Positions 12,484-25,299 of a stretch of DNA of 64,000 bases are shown piece after piece (the stretch's first letter is position 1; every line of letters begins with the position of its first letter). The stretch is from Mustelus asterias (Eukaryota). The notes under the pieces were generated by a model that saw nothing but the letters and a program-made list of their open reading frames with translations, ran no database searches and was not told the origin of the DNA. The position numbers and the translations under genes were made by a program. The stretch spans positions 71,858,001-71,922,000 of the forward strand of contig NC_135815.1 in NCBI RefSeq assembly GCF_964213995.1. Direction: 5' to 3'.

Positions 12484-15400
12484 CATAAGAACATAAGAAC
12501 TAGGAGCAGGAGTAGGCCATTTGGCCCCTTGAGCATGCTCCGCCATTCAATAAGATCATGGTTGATCTTTTCGTGGACTCAGCTCTATTTACTCGCCCAG
12601 TTGCCATAACCCTTAATTCCTTTACTGTTCAAAAATCTATCTATCTTTGCCTTAAAACCATTCAATGAGGTAGCCTCAACTGCTTCACTGCAGGGAATTC
12701 CACAGATTCACAACCCTTTGGGTAAAGAAGTTCCTCCTCAACTCAGTCCTAAATCTGCTTCCCCTTATTTTGAGGCTATGCCCCCTAGTTCTAGTTTCAC
12801 CCGCCAGTGGAAACAACCTCCGTGCTTCTATCTTATCTATTCCCTTCATAATTTTATATGATTCTATAAGATCCCCCCTCATTCTCCTGAATTCCAATGA
12901 GTATAGTCCCAGTCTACTTAGTCTCTCCTCATAAGCCAACCCTCTTAACTCCAGAATCAACCTAGTGAATCTCCTCTGCACCCCCTCCAGTGTCAGTATA
13001 TCCATTCTCAAGTAAGGAGACCAAAACTGTACACAGTACTCCAGGTGTGGCCTCATCAGTACCTTATACAGCTGCAACATAACTTCGCTGTTTTTAAATT
13101 CCATCCCTCTAGCAATGAAGGACAAAATTCTATTTGCCTTCTTAATTACCTGCTGCACCTGCAAGCCAACTTTTTGCGATTCATGCACAAGGACACCCAG
13201 GTCCCTCTGCACAGCAGCATGCTGCAATTTTTTACCACTTAAATAATAGTCCATTTTACTGTTATTCCTACCAAAATGGATGACCTCACATTCACCAACA
13301 TTGTACTTCATCTGCCAGACCCTTGCCCACTGACTATATCCCCCTGCAGACTTTCAGTGTCCTCTGCACACTTTGCTCTACCGCTCATCTCAGTGTCATC
13401 TGCGAACTTTGAAAACACTACACTTGGTCCCCAACTCCAAATCATCTATATAAATTGTAAACAATTGTCCCACCACTGATTCCTGAGGCAAACCACTAGT
13501 CACTGATCGCCAACCAGAAAAACTCCCATTCATCCCCACTCTTTGATTTCTGTTAGTTAACCAATCCTCTATCCATGCTAATAGGTTACCCATAATGCCG
13601 TGCAACTTTATCTTATGCAGCAGTCTTTTGTGCGGCACCTTAGCGAATGCCTTCTGGAAATCCAGGTAAACCACATCCACAGATTCCCCATTGTCCACTG
13701 CATTCATAATGACCTCAAAGAATTTCAGTAAATTAGTTAAACATGACCTGTCTTTCATGACCCCATGCTGCGTCTGCCCAATGGGACAATTTATATCCAG
13801 ATGTCTCGCAATTTCTTCCTTGATGATAGATTCAAGTATTTTCACCACTACAGAAGTTAAACTAACCGGCCTATAGTTACCCGCCTTTTGTCTACCTCCT
13901 TTTTTAAACAGTGGCGTCACATTTGCTGTTTTTCAATCTGTTGGAACCGCCCCAGAGTCCAGCAAATTTTTGTAAATTATCACAAGCACATTTGCTATTT
14001 CCCCCGCCATCTCTTTTAGTGCCTTGGGATGCATTCAGTGAGGGCCAGGAGACTTGTCTACCTTCAGCCCCATTAGCTTACCTTACACTGCTTCTTTAGT
14101 GATAATGATCGTTTCTAGGTCCACGCCTGCCATAGCCTTCCTGTCATCAATGTTTGGCATGTTATTTGTGTCTTCCACTGCGTAGACCGACACAAAATGC
14201 CTATCCAATGCCTCAGCCATTTCCTTATTTCCTGTTATTGAATCCCCCTTCTTATCCTCTAAAGGACCAATGTTTACCTTAGCCACTCTTTTTTGTTTTA
14301 TATATTTGTAGAATCTTTTGCTGTTTTTATATTCTGAGCTAGTTTACTCTATTATCTATCTTACTTTTCTTTGTAGCTTTTTTCATGGCTTTCAGTTGAC
14401 CTTTAAAGATTTCCCAAACCTCTCATTTTCCATTAATCTTTGCCACTTTTTATGCATTTTCTTTCAATTTGATATCCTCCTTTATTTCCTGAAACGTCCA
14501 TGGCTGATTATCCCTTCTCCTATAGTCCTTCCTTACCACTAGTATATACTTTTGCTGAGCTCTGTGAAAAATCGCTTTGAAAGTCTTCCACTGTTCCTCA
14601 ATTGTTCCACCATAAAGTCTCTGCTCCCAGTCTACCTCAGCCAATTCCTCCCTCATCCCATTGTAGTCTCCTTTGCTTAAGCACAAGACACTGACTGGTA
14701 TTGGATTTTACCTTCTCACTTTCCATCTGTATTTTAAATTCAACCATACTGTGATCGCTCCTTCTGAGAAGATCCCTAACTTTGAGATCATTAATTATTC
14801 CTGTCTCATTACACTGGACCAGATCTAGAATAGCATGCTCCCAGTGCCGGATTTAGGCATAAGCTAAACAAGCTACAGCTTAGGGCCTCACAATCCGCCG
14901 GGGCCTCACAAAATTTCAGAAGGTTTACAATGAAGAGAACATTTAAGAGCGGATACCAGAAAAGAAAAAGAAAGCACCAGCTTGAAGAGCAACTCAAAAA
15001 ATTACCAAAATTACCAAAATCTGTGAGAGAGATCAAGCCAGCTAAATGACAATTATGTAATCCGTAAATGCTTTCATTTGAAAATAATTTGTATTTTTCA
15101 CTTTAAATACCTTGCTATTAAATAATTAAAAGGCATAATTATGTTTTCAATTTTTTTGTGGCGACCCAAGGTCCTGTTTTGGTACGCACCTTTGTGAGAC
15201 CTTTTGGTGTAACTTTTTAACAAGGGGCCTCCAAGCTTTATATAGCTTAGGGCCTCACCAAGTCTAAATCCGGCACTGTATGCTCCTTTGTAGGTTCTAT
15301 TACACATTGTTTGAGGAAACTATCGCAGATACAGTCTATGAACTCCTCCTCAAGGTTGCCTTGACCGACCTGGTTTGACCAATCGACATGTAGATTAAAA

Positions 15401-15800
15401 TCCCCCGTGATAATTGCCGTACCATTTTTACATGCATCAGTTATTTCTTTGTTTATTGCTCGCTCCACCATGATATTATTTGGTGGCCTATAGACTACGC
15501 CTGTCAGTGACTTTTTCTCCTTACTATTTCTAATTTCCACCCAAATGGATTCAACCCTATATCATCTCACACTACCGCCCTGATGTCATCCTTAAATATC
15601 AGAGCTACGTCACCTCCCTTATCTTCCTGTCTGTCCTTCTGAACAGTCTGATACCCCTGGATATTTAACTCCCAGTCATGACCACCCTGCAACCACGTCT
15701 CTAATGGCCACCAAATCATATTCATTCGCGATGATTTGCACCATCAACTCATTTACCTTGTTTCGAATGCTATGAGCATTTAGGTAAAGTGCCTTTATGC
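12484..15800 (-). mobile_element. CR1 LINE spanning endonuclease to RT and 3' tail, interrupted by a hAT element
   Basis: ORF 15247..15540 (GVVYRPPN, GDFN; APE-like endonuclease), 13396..13920, 12685..13311; tail cataagaacataagaa. Confidence 0.88.
14842..15278 (+). mobile_element. Non-autonomous hAT DNA transposon (437 bp) inserted in a CR1
   Basis: 15-bp TIR cagtgccggatttag / ctaaatccggcactg; 8-bp TSD (c/t)atgctcc. Internal MKRTFKSGYQKRKRK resembles a hAT transposase N-terminus. Confidence 0.85.
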
Positions 15801-16277
15801 TAGTTTTTATACCTTCTTTTTGAATCCTAACCCTGCATTAATAACATCTCCTGAGTTCTCCTTCCTTTTAACTTTTTTTCATAATTTTCCATGTAGTTGA
15901 AACCTCCTCCCCACATGCTAACCTGGTGCTTTGCTTCCCATCAACCATTATACTTCTCTCATAGTTTCCTGTATTTAGATTCAGGACACTTGTCTCAGAA
16001 TCAACTGCATCATTCTTCATCTTGATGAGGAATTCTATCATATTAAGTTATGGAAGCAAAGCAGCGAGTCAGGTCACCTTTGTGTGCACAGGGAGCGTCA
16101 GCAGCTGGAATGTCTGATCACTGACAAGCACTAATGACCCAGCTTTCATCTGGAGTATCCAGAATTCCCATTTAGCCTTGCCTTGCTATTTGTGGGCCAG
16201 AAAATGGCCACATTACCTTTAAGTCCTCCGTCAATGCATTTCCAAGATTGTTAATTTCTCCAAAGAGGCTTTGCCCG

Positions 16278-18275
16278 CATTACAATCACTTTAGAAGTGT
16301 TAGTGAGGGGTCTCTTTGGGACCAGTGACCATAATTCTATTGGTTTTAAGATAGCTATGGAGAATGATAGGTCTGGCCCAAAAGTTAAAATTCTAAATTG
16401 GGGCAAGGCCAATTTTGATGGTATCAGGCAGGAACTTTCAAAGGTTAATTGGAGGAGTCTGTGGGGTGGCAAAGGGACGTCTGGTATGTGGCACGCTTTC
16501 AAAAGTGTGTTTTCCAGGGTTCAGGGTAAACACATTCCTCTTAGAGTGAAGGGCAAGGCTGGCAGAAGTAAGGAACCCTGGATGACTCGGGATATTGAGG
16601 TCCTGGTCAAGAAGAAGAAGAAAGAGACACATGACATGCATAGGCAGCTGAGATCAAGTGTATCCCTTGAAGAATTTAGGGAGTGTAGGAGTAGAGTTAA
16701 GAGAGAAATCAGGAGGGAAAAAAGGGGTCCCGAGATTGTTCCTTGAAGACATTTTCTTTGTTCTTCTCAAATCGTGCAATACCTTCTCCTCGCTTCAGGA
16801 AAGACTTCTTTGGAACTGCCTTCACTTCATTTATTTAGGATCAACAAGGTCATATATGTGCAGATCCACAAGAGATGGGTGAGATCCTAAATGAATATTT
16901 CTCATCAGTATTTACTGTTGAGAAAAGCATGGATGTTAGGGAACTTGGAGAAATAAATAGTGATGTCTTGAGGAGTGTACGTATTACAAAGGAGGTGCTG
17001 GAAGTCTTAAAGTGCATCAAGATAGATAAATCCCTGGGACCTGATGAAGTGTATCCCAGGACATTGTGGGAGGCTAGGGCGGGTCCCCTAGCCAAGATAT
17101 TTGAATCATCGATTGTCACGGATGAGGTGCCTGAAGATTGGAGAGTGGCAAATGTTGTGCCTTTGTTTAAAAAAGGCTGCTGGGAAAAGCCTGGGAACTA
17201 CAGGCCAGTGAGCCTCACGTCTGTAGTGGGTAAATTATTGGAAGGTATTTTGAGAGAGGATCTACAGGCATTTAGAGATGCAAGTACTGATTAGGGACAG
17301 TCAACATGGCTTTGTGAATGGAAAATCATGTCTCACAAATCTGATTGATGACACTAAGATTGGTGGCATAGTGGACAGTGAAGAAAGTTATCTCCAATTG
17401 CAACGGGATCTTGATCAATTGGGCCAGTGGACTGACGAATGGCAGATGGAGTTTAATTTAGACAAATGTGAGGTGATGCATTTTGGTAGATTGAACCAAT
17501 AGATTTTTGGTAGATTTAACTTACTCGGTTAATGGTAGGGCATTGGGAAGAGTTTCAGAACAAAGAGATCTAGGGGTACATGTTCATAGCTCCTTGAAAG
17601 TGGAGTCACAGGTGGACAGAGTGGTGAAGAAGGCATTCAGCATGCTTGGTTTCATCGGTCAGAACATTGAATACAGGAGTTGGAATATCTTGTTGAAGTT
17701 GTACAAGACATTGGTAAGGCCACACTTGGAATACTGTGTGCAATTCTGGTCACTATTATAGAAAGGATATTATTAAGCTAGAAAGAATGCAGAAAAGATT
17801 TACTAGGATCCTACCGGGACTTGATGGATTGAGTTATAAGGAGAGGCTGGATAGACTGGGACTTTTTTCTTTGGAGCGTAGGAGGCTATGGGGTGATCTT
17901 ATAGAGGTCTATAAAATAATGAGGGGCACAGATCAGCTAGATAGTCAATATCTTTTCCCAAAGGTAGTGGAGTCTAAAACTAGAGGGCATAGGTTTAAGG
18001 TGAGAGGGGAGAGATACAAAAGTGTCCAGAGGGGCAATTTTTTCACACAGAGGGTGGTGACTGTCTGGAACGAGCTGCCAGAAGTAGTAGTAGAGGCGGG
18101 TACAATTTTGTCTTTTAAAAAGCATTTAGATAGTTACATGGGTAGGATGGGTATAGAGGGATATGGGCCAAATGCGGGCAATTGGGATTAGCTTAGGGGT
18201 TTTAAAAAAAAAAGGGCAGCACAGACAAGTTGGGCCGAAGGACCTGTTTCCATGCTGTAAACCTCTACGACTCTA
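16278..18275 (+). mobile_element. CR1 LINE with internal deletions and a host-exon-derived insert
   Basis: ORFs 16297..16746 (SDHN), 16875..17294, 17278..17502, 17507..17761, 17736..18191. Confidence 0.88.
16736..16834 (-). repeat. 99-bp perfect inverted copy of host exon sequence 19134-19232
   Basis: Base-by-base reverse complement is 99/99 identical; it sits inside a + strand CR1 in place of CR1 sequence. Confidence 0.95.
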
Positions 18276-19130
18276 GTGTTCCTGGCGAGTAGCTGACAAG
18301 TCCAAAACCAGGCGTCTGGTGGTCAAATCCAGTGTTAAAACAGTTCCTAATTGGCTTTTTAATTAATTATTTACCCAACAGATGAAAGGGGATTCCCCAG
18401 TCACCTTTATCTTGCCTGGTGAAACCTAGATCTCAACCCAGCATAGATTTCAAAATCCCTCCCACAATGAAACCATCTTCTCTTGGCTGCAAAAAGTCTG
18501 TCCAAAGAGGAGGACAGAAAGACTGGATCGTGAGAAAGAAAAAAATGTAAACATTTAAGATTAGTAATTTTTAAAATCTCTGAACAAAACCTTGCAATTG
18601 GCAAGAATGAGACTCAACAGTTTAATTGTTCTTCTGGGCCAGAGAGATTACATTAACAATTATAATGTTACTATTAATTATGACCACTGATTTTCTGTGA
18701 GTGTTTAATGGGCAATTTATATGTAAATCAAGTTATTTCTTAAAAAGAAAGGAGAGGCTGGAGGTGAAATATCATTTGTGGAACTGTTTAAAGTGGCTTG
18801 AAAGTTTTGGAAATTCTCAGATCAAGGTACATATCTTCAGCCCCTGACCTTTCTGGCTAATATGCACATCAATAGAAGTGTTCATCATGAACATGTTGGG
18901 TGGGTTTCTCCGGCCGTGCTTGCCCCACCCCCCCACCGGCTACAATGTCCGTGGCGGGTGGGACGAGAGCATTCCACCAGTTGTTATTTTCCAGAAAGAA
19001 AATACATTAATTTAAACAATTGCAAAGGATCATATTCTGGAAGAAGCATAACGCTCATCATATGTGTAATAGTTACTGCGAAGCATTTCGTAGAACTAAA
19101 TTCAAAAATAAATCTCTGATTGTTCTACAG

Positions 19131-20727
19131 GATATAAATGAAGTGAAGGCAGTTCCAAAGAAGTCTTTCCTGAAGCGAGGAGAAGGTATTGCACGATTTG
19201 AGAAGAACAAAGAAAATGTCTTCAAGGAACAAAACCGGAGTGCAGTCTGCGAATCGAGCAAACAGGTTCCCAGAAAAGTTAGTTTCAGCAGTCAACGTCG
19301 ACTTTCCCTACCCATGCTCAGCGAAAACGAAAAGTTTCAGATTAAGAAACAATCAACTTTGCAAAAGCAAGTTAATAGTTCAGTCCTTGTCGCATCCAAA
19401 GCAAAGAAGTCTGTCTCCAATGATAATGCCCTGACAAATAGCAAGATGAAAGATTACAGGCAAAAGGAAAAACTAGACGAAATCAAGAATAGTACCGACG
19501 AGGGTATCCAAAGTGACATAAACGTAGCAGAATTGGCAACCTTCTTTGAATCACCCCACAAATACTCTGATAACAGAAAAGGTGGAAGCCAACAAAAAGA
19601 GCAGGAATGTAAAGCAGGAGAAATAACTACTCTGGAGGAATCCCAAGTAAGAACTACTGGAAGTTTACATACTCTAGAAAGTCAGCACTTGATTGGAGTT
19701 GATTCACAATTAAAGAATTCAATTAGCAGTTTTTCTCATGGAAGTATGGAAGAGCAGCACCAAGGGCAACAAATAGGACAGAGTAAGACAAACCAACTGC
19801 AGGAATCTGCAAATGAGCAGCCACGTTTCAGTAACACTTCTCATCTGGAATACCTCAGCACTAACAGAACAATGACTCCAAACCAAACAGCTGGAATGCT
19901 CCAACAACAGGCAGAGAAAGAGCAAAATGACGATGCAGCCAATGCCAGAGGTTCCGGAAAATTGCTTGACAAAAAAAACCCAAGCATCGGCTTTAAAAAA
20001 ATAAATGACAGAATAGTTCAAGTTACTCCTGATGGTCTACCATGCCAGCGCGCAAATTTTAGAAATGAGCAAATCAGAGACAGTGCTGTAAGCATAGGGT
20101 TAGCAGCACATGGGAGCAATGAACATAGAACAGATTTTCTTTTACAAAATCACGGAACACATTGTGAATCAAATTCTAAAGTATATAGCACGGACAATGA
20201 GGGTGGTGGCCCAAAATCTCAGTGTCATCAACAACCCATAAAAGAAATTCTACAAAATTCTGGTCAGACTGATAAGAACTTGGACTTGTCTGATGATGCA
20301 GACTATGCGACTGATGCTCCAAGTGGAATGGAAGAAATGAGCACAGCAGCTCAAGCATCTCAGCATTCTGTACACTGTAGATCAATGGCGTCAACAGTGA
20401 AACATAATGAACTGAGCAGCACCAGCAGCAGTGAAAATGAACCCTTAGAGCTCAAGTCAAATACTTTATCAAGAAGATTTCCTTTCTCATGCAATAGGCC
20501 AATGAGAAATAAAAACAAAGTCATGAGAAGGAAGTCAAATTTTGCAAAGAAAAGCGCCAGTAGTTTTATGAGCACTCAAACCTGTGATACTACAGAATCA
20601 GATCTTGTCCAACCTTCTACCCCTAGTCTCACACCACAGTCTTCACAAGCACTTTACTCTCAACCAAAGGTGTCAATAAACTCTGATCTTCCAGAGCAGC
20701 TGAGCTCCAGCAGTGTAAATACTCAAG
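19131..20727 (+). CDS. CENPJ: CENPJ-like large central exon, 1597 bp, phase 0 to 1
   Basis: ttctacag|GATATA...ACTCAAG|gtatgt, inside ORF 19020..20744. Begins DINEVKAVPKKSFLKRGEGIARF, followed by S/Q/N-rich disordered sequence. Confidence 0.9.
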
Positions 20728-21291
20728 GTATGTATCTGAAATAAAATGAATCAAATCACAATTTCAAACATCACACTGAATTATTTGAACTGTGTTCCAA
20801 TGGCAAGGAACTGTAATTCATAACTTTGTTCATTTTAATGAGTCATAAATGTAAATAGGAAGTTTTAAAATAAAAGCAAAAAACAATGGATGTTGGAGAT
20901 CTGAAATATAAACAGTACTGGAAAAGCTCAGCAGGTCTGGCAGCATCTGTGGAGAGAGAAATGTTTGGGTCTAATATGACTCCTGTTTGGAATAGCATCC
21001 AAAGTTCCAAACAAGTTCAAAAGAAGACACATATTGGTCTCAAAACGACAATGCTGTTTCTCTCTCCACAGATCCTGCCAGAGCAGTTTTATGAACACTT
21101 TGTTTTTATTTTAGGAAGTTCCAATATTGGGGGAAAATTTCTGAGGAGGTGAGGATATGTCCTGATGTCCTGCTGTAACTTAGATGGAAGACTGGCAGAA
21201 ACCCTGAACAATTGATTCAAGTGACCCCATTTACACCATTTACCTGCATCATTGTACATTGGTGACTCATACAGCAGAGTCACACGTAAAC

Positions 21292-21375
21292 TGTGTCTGT
21301 GTGCGTGTGTTTGTGTGCGTGTGTCTGTGTGTGCATGTGTGCGTTTGTCTGTGTATGCCTGTGTGTGGATGTGTG
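21292..21375. repeat. Degenerate (GT)n microsatellite
   Basis: Directly visible. Confidence 0.8.
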
Positions 21376-22547
21376 AGCCCATACTTGAGTAAACAGCTTG
21401 GAAAGTTAAAAGGAGAAAAATAACATGGCTTTATTGGTGCTCTATTCTTATCTCATTATTCATCTCCTGTAATGTTGCACACAGACAAAAATGAAAAGGG
21501 TATACTTATTATTAAATGCTTGTACCCTATTATAATAACTCTAGGAGTCGGCTGTAAAGGAACAGTGCTTTATTGCACAAAATAAAGTAAAGCAAAGCAA
21601 AAACCACAAGCCTGTGGTGAACACAACCGATCCTGACCGGGACAATACAACAATGGACTCACTCAGGGGGTCCACCTGGTTAGTTAATTACAAATCACCA
21701 AGGAGCTCGTACTCAATGGGCCCAACAGGGAGGTCAATCATTGATTCCCCATCCAAGTCATGGGGGTTCTCACACACATGCATTACACTGTCCAATTGCC
21801 AATAACTTACATATTGTGGGAAGAAAAATACCAAGCAAGCCTCTCCTAATTAAGCTAGCTCAGTGATAGTATCCTTGTCTCGAAGTCAGGTGGTTGTTTG
21901 TTCAAGCACTGCTCCAGAGACTTCACCACACAAGGGTAGAGTACCTGCTTTGGATGCAGTCATAATTTCAGTGCAAATTGTGCCAGTTTTGCAACCCAAG
22001 TGCATATCATCAATCTGCAATAAACCAGCATACTTGGGCAGTGTTGTAAAATCAATTTAAAAAGATTATTTTATGAAATATTCCTTGTAATATTAAAGGG
22101 TGTGTGCTACCTTGGTGAAGTTTGATTAATACAGCTGAAAATGGGTTCATCACCACAAATAGACATTTTAAAACTACTTAGTTTCCAACTATATTGTGGT
22201 AAATAACCAGTTCTTTATAAATTTAAATAAATAAAGCTCGGCACAACATCGTGGGCCGAAGGGCCTGTTCTGTGCTGTACTGTTCTATAATTTAAATGGT
22301 ATCTATCCATGCCCTTGCATTCAAAAGTTCCAGTTTAATTATTGGATTATTCTTGAAGGTCTGCAAATGATTACAATTAGTCAAAATTCCCAATGATGAT
22401 TGATTTACCCTGGGGGGAATGGTCCCTTTAAAATGTAGCTGCTGTGCAAGGCCAGGTTTTTAAATGTGTGAGAGTTGAATCTTCACACAGATTAGTTTTC
22501 CCCAGGTAGAGCTAAATTTCTCACTCAGCCTTTGACATTCCTGCATC

Positions 22548-22872
22548 AGGGATGACATGGTGGCACAGTGGTTAGCACTGCTGCCTCACAGTGCCAGGGA
22601 CCTGGGTTCGATTCCCGGCTTGGGTCACTGTCTGTATGGAGTTTGCACGTTCTTCCCGTGTCTGCGTGGGTTTCCTCTGGGTGCTCTGGTTTCCTCCCAC
22701 ATTCCAAAGATGTGTGGGTTAGTGGATTGGCCATGCTAAATTGAACCTAGTTTTAGGGGGATTAGCAGGGTAAATATGTGGTGTTACGGGGATAGGGTGG
22801 GATTGTTGTTGGTGCAGGCTCGATGGGCTGAATGGCCTCCTTCTGTACTGTAGGGATTCTATGATTCTATGA
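22548..22872 (+). mobile_element. HE1-type V-SINE
   Basis: tggcacagtggttagc..gggttcgattcc, V-domain, (attctatg)n tail. Confidence 0.82.
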
Positions 22873-22978
22873 TCACTGCTAAACTTTTCTTGGTGTGGAG
22901 ATGCCGGTGTTGGACTGGGGTAAGCACAGCAAGTAGTCTCACAACACCAGGTTAAAGTCCAGCAGGTTTATTTGGGAG

Positions 22979-23013
22979 CACGAGCTTTCGGAGTGTCACT
23001 CCTTCTTCAGGTG
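22979..23013 (-). ncRNA. Minimal type I hammerhead ribozyme motif
   Basis: cac-CUGAAGA-a-ggagu gac acucc-GAAA-gc-UC-gug; stem I cac/gug, intact stem II. Confidence 0.7.
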
Positions 23014-23030
23014 AGTGTCACTCCTTCTCT

Positions 23031-23065
23031 CACCTGAAGAAGGAGTGACACCCCGAAAGCTTGTG
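23031..23065 (+). ncRNA. Minimal type I hammerhead ribozyme motif (one stem II mismatch)
   Basis: cac-CUGAAGA-aggagugacacccc-GAAA-gc-UU-gug. Confidence 0.6.
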
Positions 23066-24499
23066 CTACCAAATAAATCTGTTGGACTTTAACCTGGTGT
23101 TATGAGACTACTTACTAAACTTTACTTGGTCCAGGGCTCGTGATTTTTCCACTTTATTGTATCTACCCTTATGAGCTTGGGTTCTAGGGACTGGGCAATC
23201 GAGCAACAGACTAGGAAGTTCCTCCTGCAAAATATCTAGCGGGAGGGAGGGTGGATCTTGAGCCCTTACTCACCATCCGTGAGAGTGGCAGCGGGGGCTC
23301 AAGATCCGGCGAAACCAAGAAGTTGCGAATCTTGACGGCGAGATCGTAACTTCTGATTTTCACCGCCACTCAACGTAATCAGGTTCATGCCCACAATGGG
23401 CGTGGACCTGATTTAAATACATCTCCATTTTTAGCATATTATTAAAGGCTCCCCTCACGTACATTGATCCCAAGGTGTATTTCAAACATTGGCACGGTTT
23501 CCCAATTGGTTCACCCAAACGTGAACCTGTCGTGGGGATACCCCCAGGGGCATAAAGGTGAGTATAGTGCTCAAGAGAGAGGGGCTGGCAATGCCCCCTG
23601 GCACAGGTTAGCACTGCAAGGTTGGCACTGGGTGGTCGGGGACAGGGCTGGGCAGTGCCAAAGGGGCAAGGCTTGCCCCTCCCCAGCCCCTTTTTACTGG
23701 TGTGAACCGCTTCACTTCTACTCAATCAATTCTCTTTGAAGTAAACCTCTCAATCCTTTGGGAAACCGGGAAGGCTTATGCTTATTAGCATTAATTTGAA
23801 TGGATTTCAATACCATTCGCGAGTTTGACACACTATCGGCCCCCCTCCCGAATGTTTCCCACTTCTCCGGCAAGATGTCATGCTGGCGGGAAACACTATA
23901 AAAGTGTGGGTCAGGCACAGCAATAGTGAAGGGGAGCGAGATGGTGAGTACCACTGAGAACCAACCCCCGGAGTGCGTTGGGGGGGGGGGCAGTCTCAGC
24001 TGCTGCCATGTGCAGGGTGGGGTAGGGGGCTTGCATGGGTACAGGGCTTTGGGAAGGCTCATGCCAGTATGGGGCTCCTCAGGTCAGGGGTCACTGCTGG
24101 CATGTGGCTCGTGTTGTATGCATTCACCTGGCCTCTGAATGACCCCCGAGGGGTAGCTTATTGGGTCGACTCCTAACCCCACTGGTGTCACTGTGGTTAC
24201 CCTGTCATCTGTCTGCTGAACAGGCTCTCTGCCTGACCTCTGACATCCCATCCCAGGCCCTACTAACAGAAACAAGCAGCAGCTCTGTCAGCTGCTGTTC
24301 CAACCAAGGGAGCTCGGCAGGTGTTAACGCGGCTCCTCACACTGCATGGACTCTGCAGTGCTGCCCGTGGGAACCCATCTCGTGCTAGTCATGAGGGTTT
24401 TCTCCACTGTCTTTCTGAACTGCAAGCCATTCCTGAAAGCCACTGCACCAGACATCCTGGTGGGTGCACCCATGCCTATGCTTCAAGCATTACCAAGAG

Positions 24500-24960
24500 G
24501 GACCTCCTCACAGCCACCTGTATGGTACCCACCATGGCGATGATATGGCCACAGCAGGAGGACAGGGTGCTGCCAATTGGGGCAGGAAGCGGCTGCGCAT
24601 CAGCCGGAGGGGAGAGACAGAGTCCCCACCCCTACAAGACCCGCATGTTGTTCGATGGGCTGCCAGATGCTATGTGCCATGGCAGACTGCATCTCAGAAG
24701 GGAGACAGTGTGGCACCTGTGTCAGGTCCTCACAGACCTGGCACCTCTTGGGCCAGGAGGACACCTGCTCCTGGTGGCAGTGAAGATCACAGTGGCCCTT
24801 AGCCGCTATGCCACAGGGTCCTTCCAGGCCTCCAGCGGAGACCTTTGTGGGATCTCGTAGTCCTCTGAGCACACGAGGTGACGGATGCCCTGTACACCTA
24901 CCTGGCAGGCATCTGCATTCACTTTGACCTGTATGTGATGCTGCCCTTGTGCCACACAAG
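24500..24960 (+). mobile_element. PIF/Harbinger transposase (HARBI1-like) remnant within a GC-rich transposon relic
   Basis: RLHLRRETVWHLC..VAVKITVALSRYATGSFQASSGDLCGIS. Confidence 0.7.
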
Positions 24961-25299
24961 TCTGACCCCTACCTGTCTTCTGACTGCACGCTGGTGCCCA
25001 GGCTCACGTCTGAGTCAGGCACCACCGATGACCCAAGATTGAGGGAGGGTAGTGGTGCTGGAGGGGGGGAACGGAGGCAGGGTGTGGGGGGGGGGCGTGG
25101 GTGAAGGTGGTGGTCCTAGGGTCCAGTGGGTGATGAGGATGCAATGCTAGTCTGTCACTGTGAGCCTACAATGGCCTCCACTGCTGGGACTGCTCAGGGT
25201 AAGCACTCGGATGATTACTGCAGTCAGGGGTCTGGCACAGGTGCTGGGAACTGGGGCTCACATAAATACAGCTTTTCCTATGCTCACATCTCGTGACCC

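Larger units (their letters stand above)
22895..23114. mobile_element. Palindromic Penelope-derived mini-element (family A) with two hammerheads
   Basis: Inverted arms of about 85 bp; 16-bp flanking duplication ctaaacttt(t/a)cttggt at 22879-22894 and 23115-23130. Confidence 0.8.

Noticed and set aside
721-18191. RT-like ORFs as an intact autonomous retroelement or host gene
   Set aside because: All are truncated or frameshifted CR1 pieces; none has a complete EN-RT frame.
19020-20744. 574-aa ORF as a stand-alone single-exon gene
   Set aside because: It has splice sites at 19131 and 20727 and joins in phase to flanking CENPJ-like exons; both ORF ends are intronic read-through.
21521-21787. 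Short TG...CA solo LTR
   Set aside because: No convincing TSD or second copy in the window.
22557-22620. tRNA genes at SINE heads
   Set aside because: A/B boxes run directly into V-SINE bodies; no complete cloverleaf.
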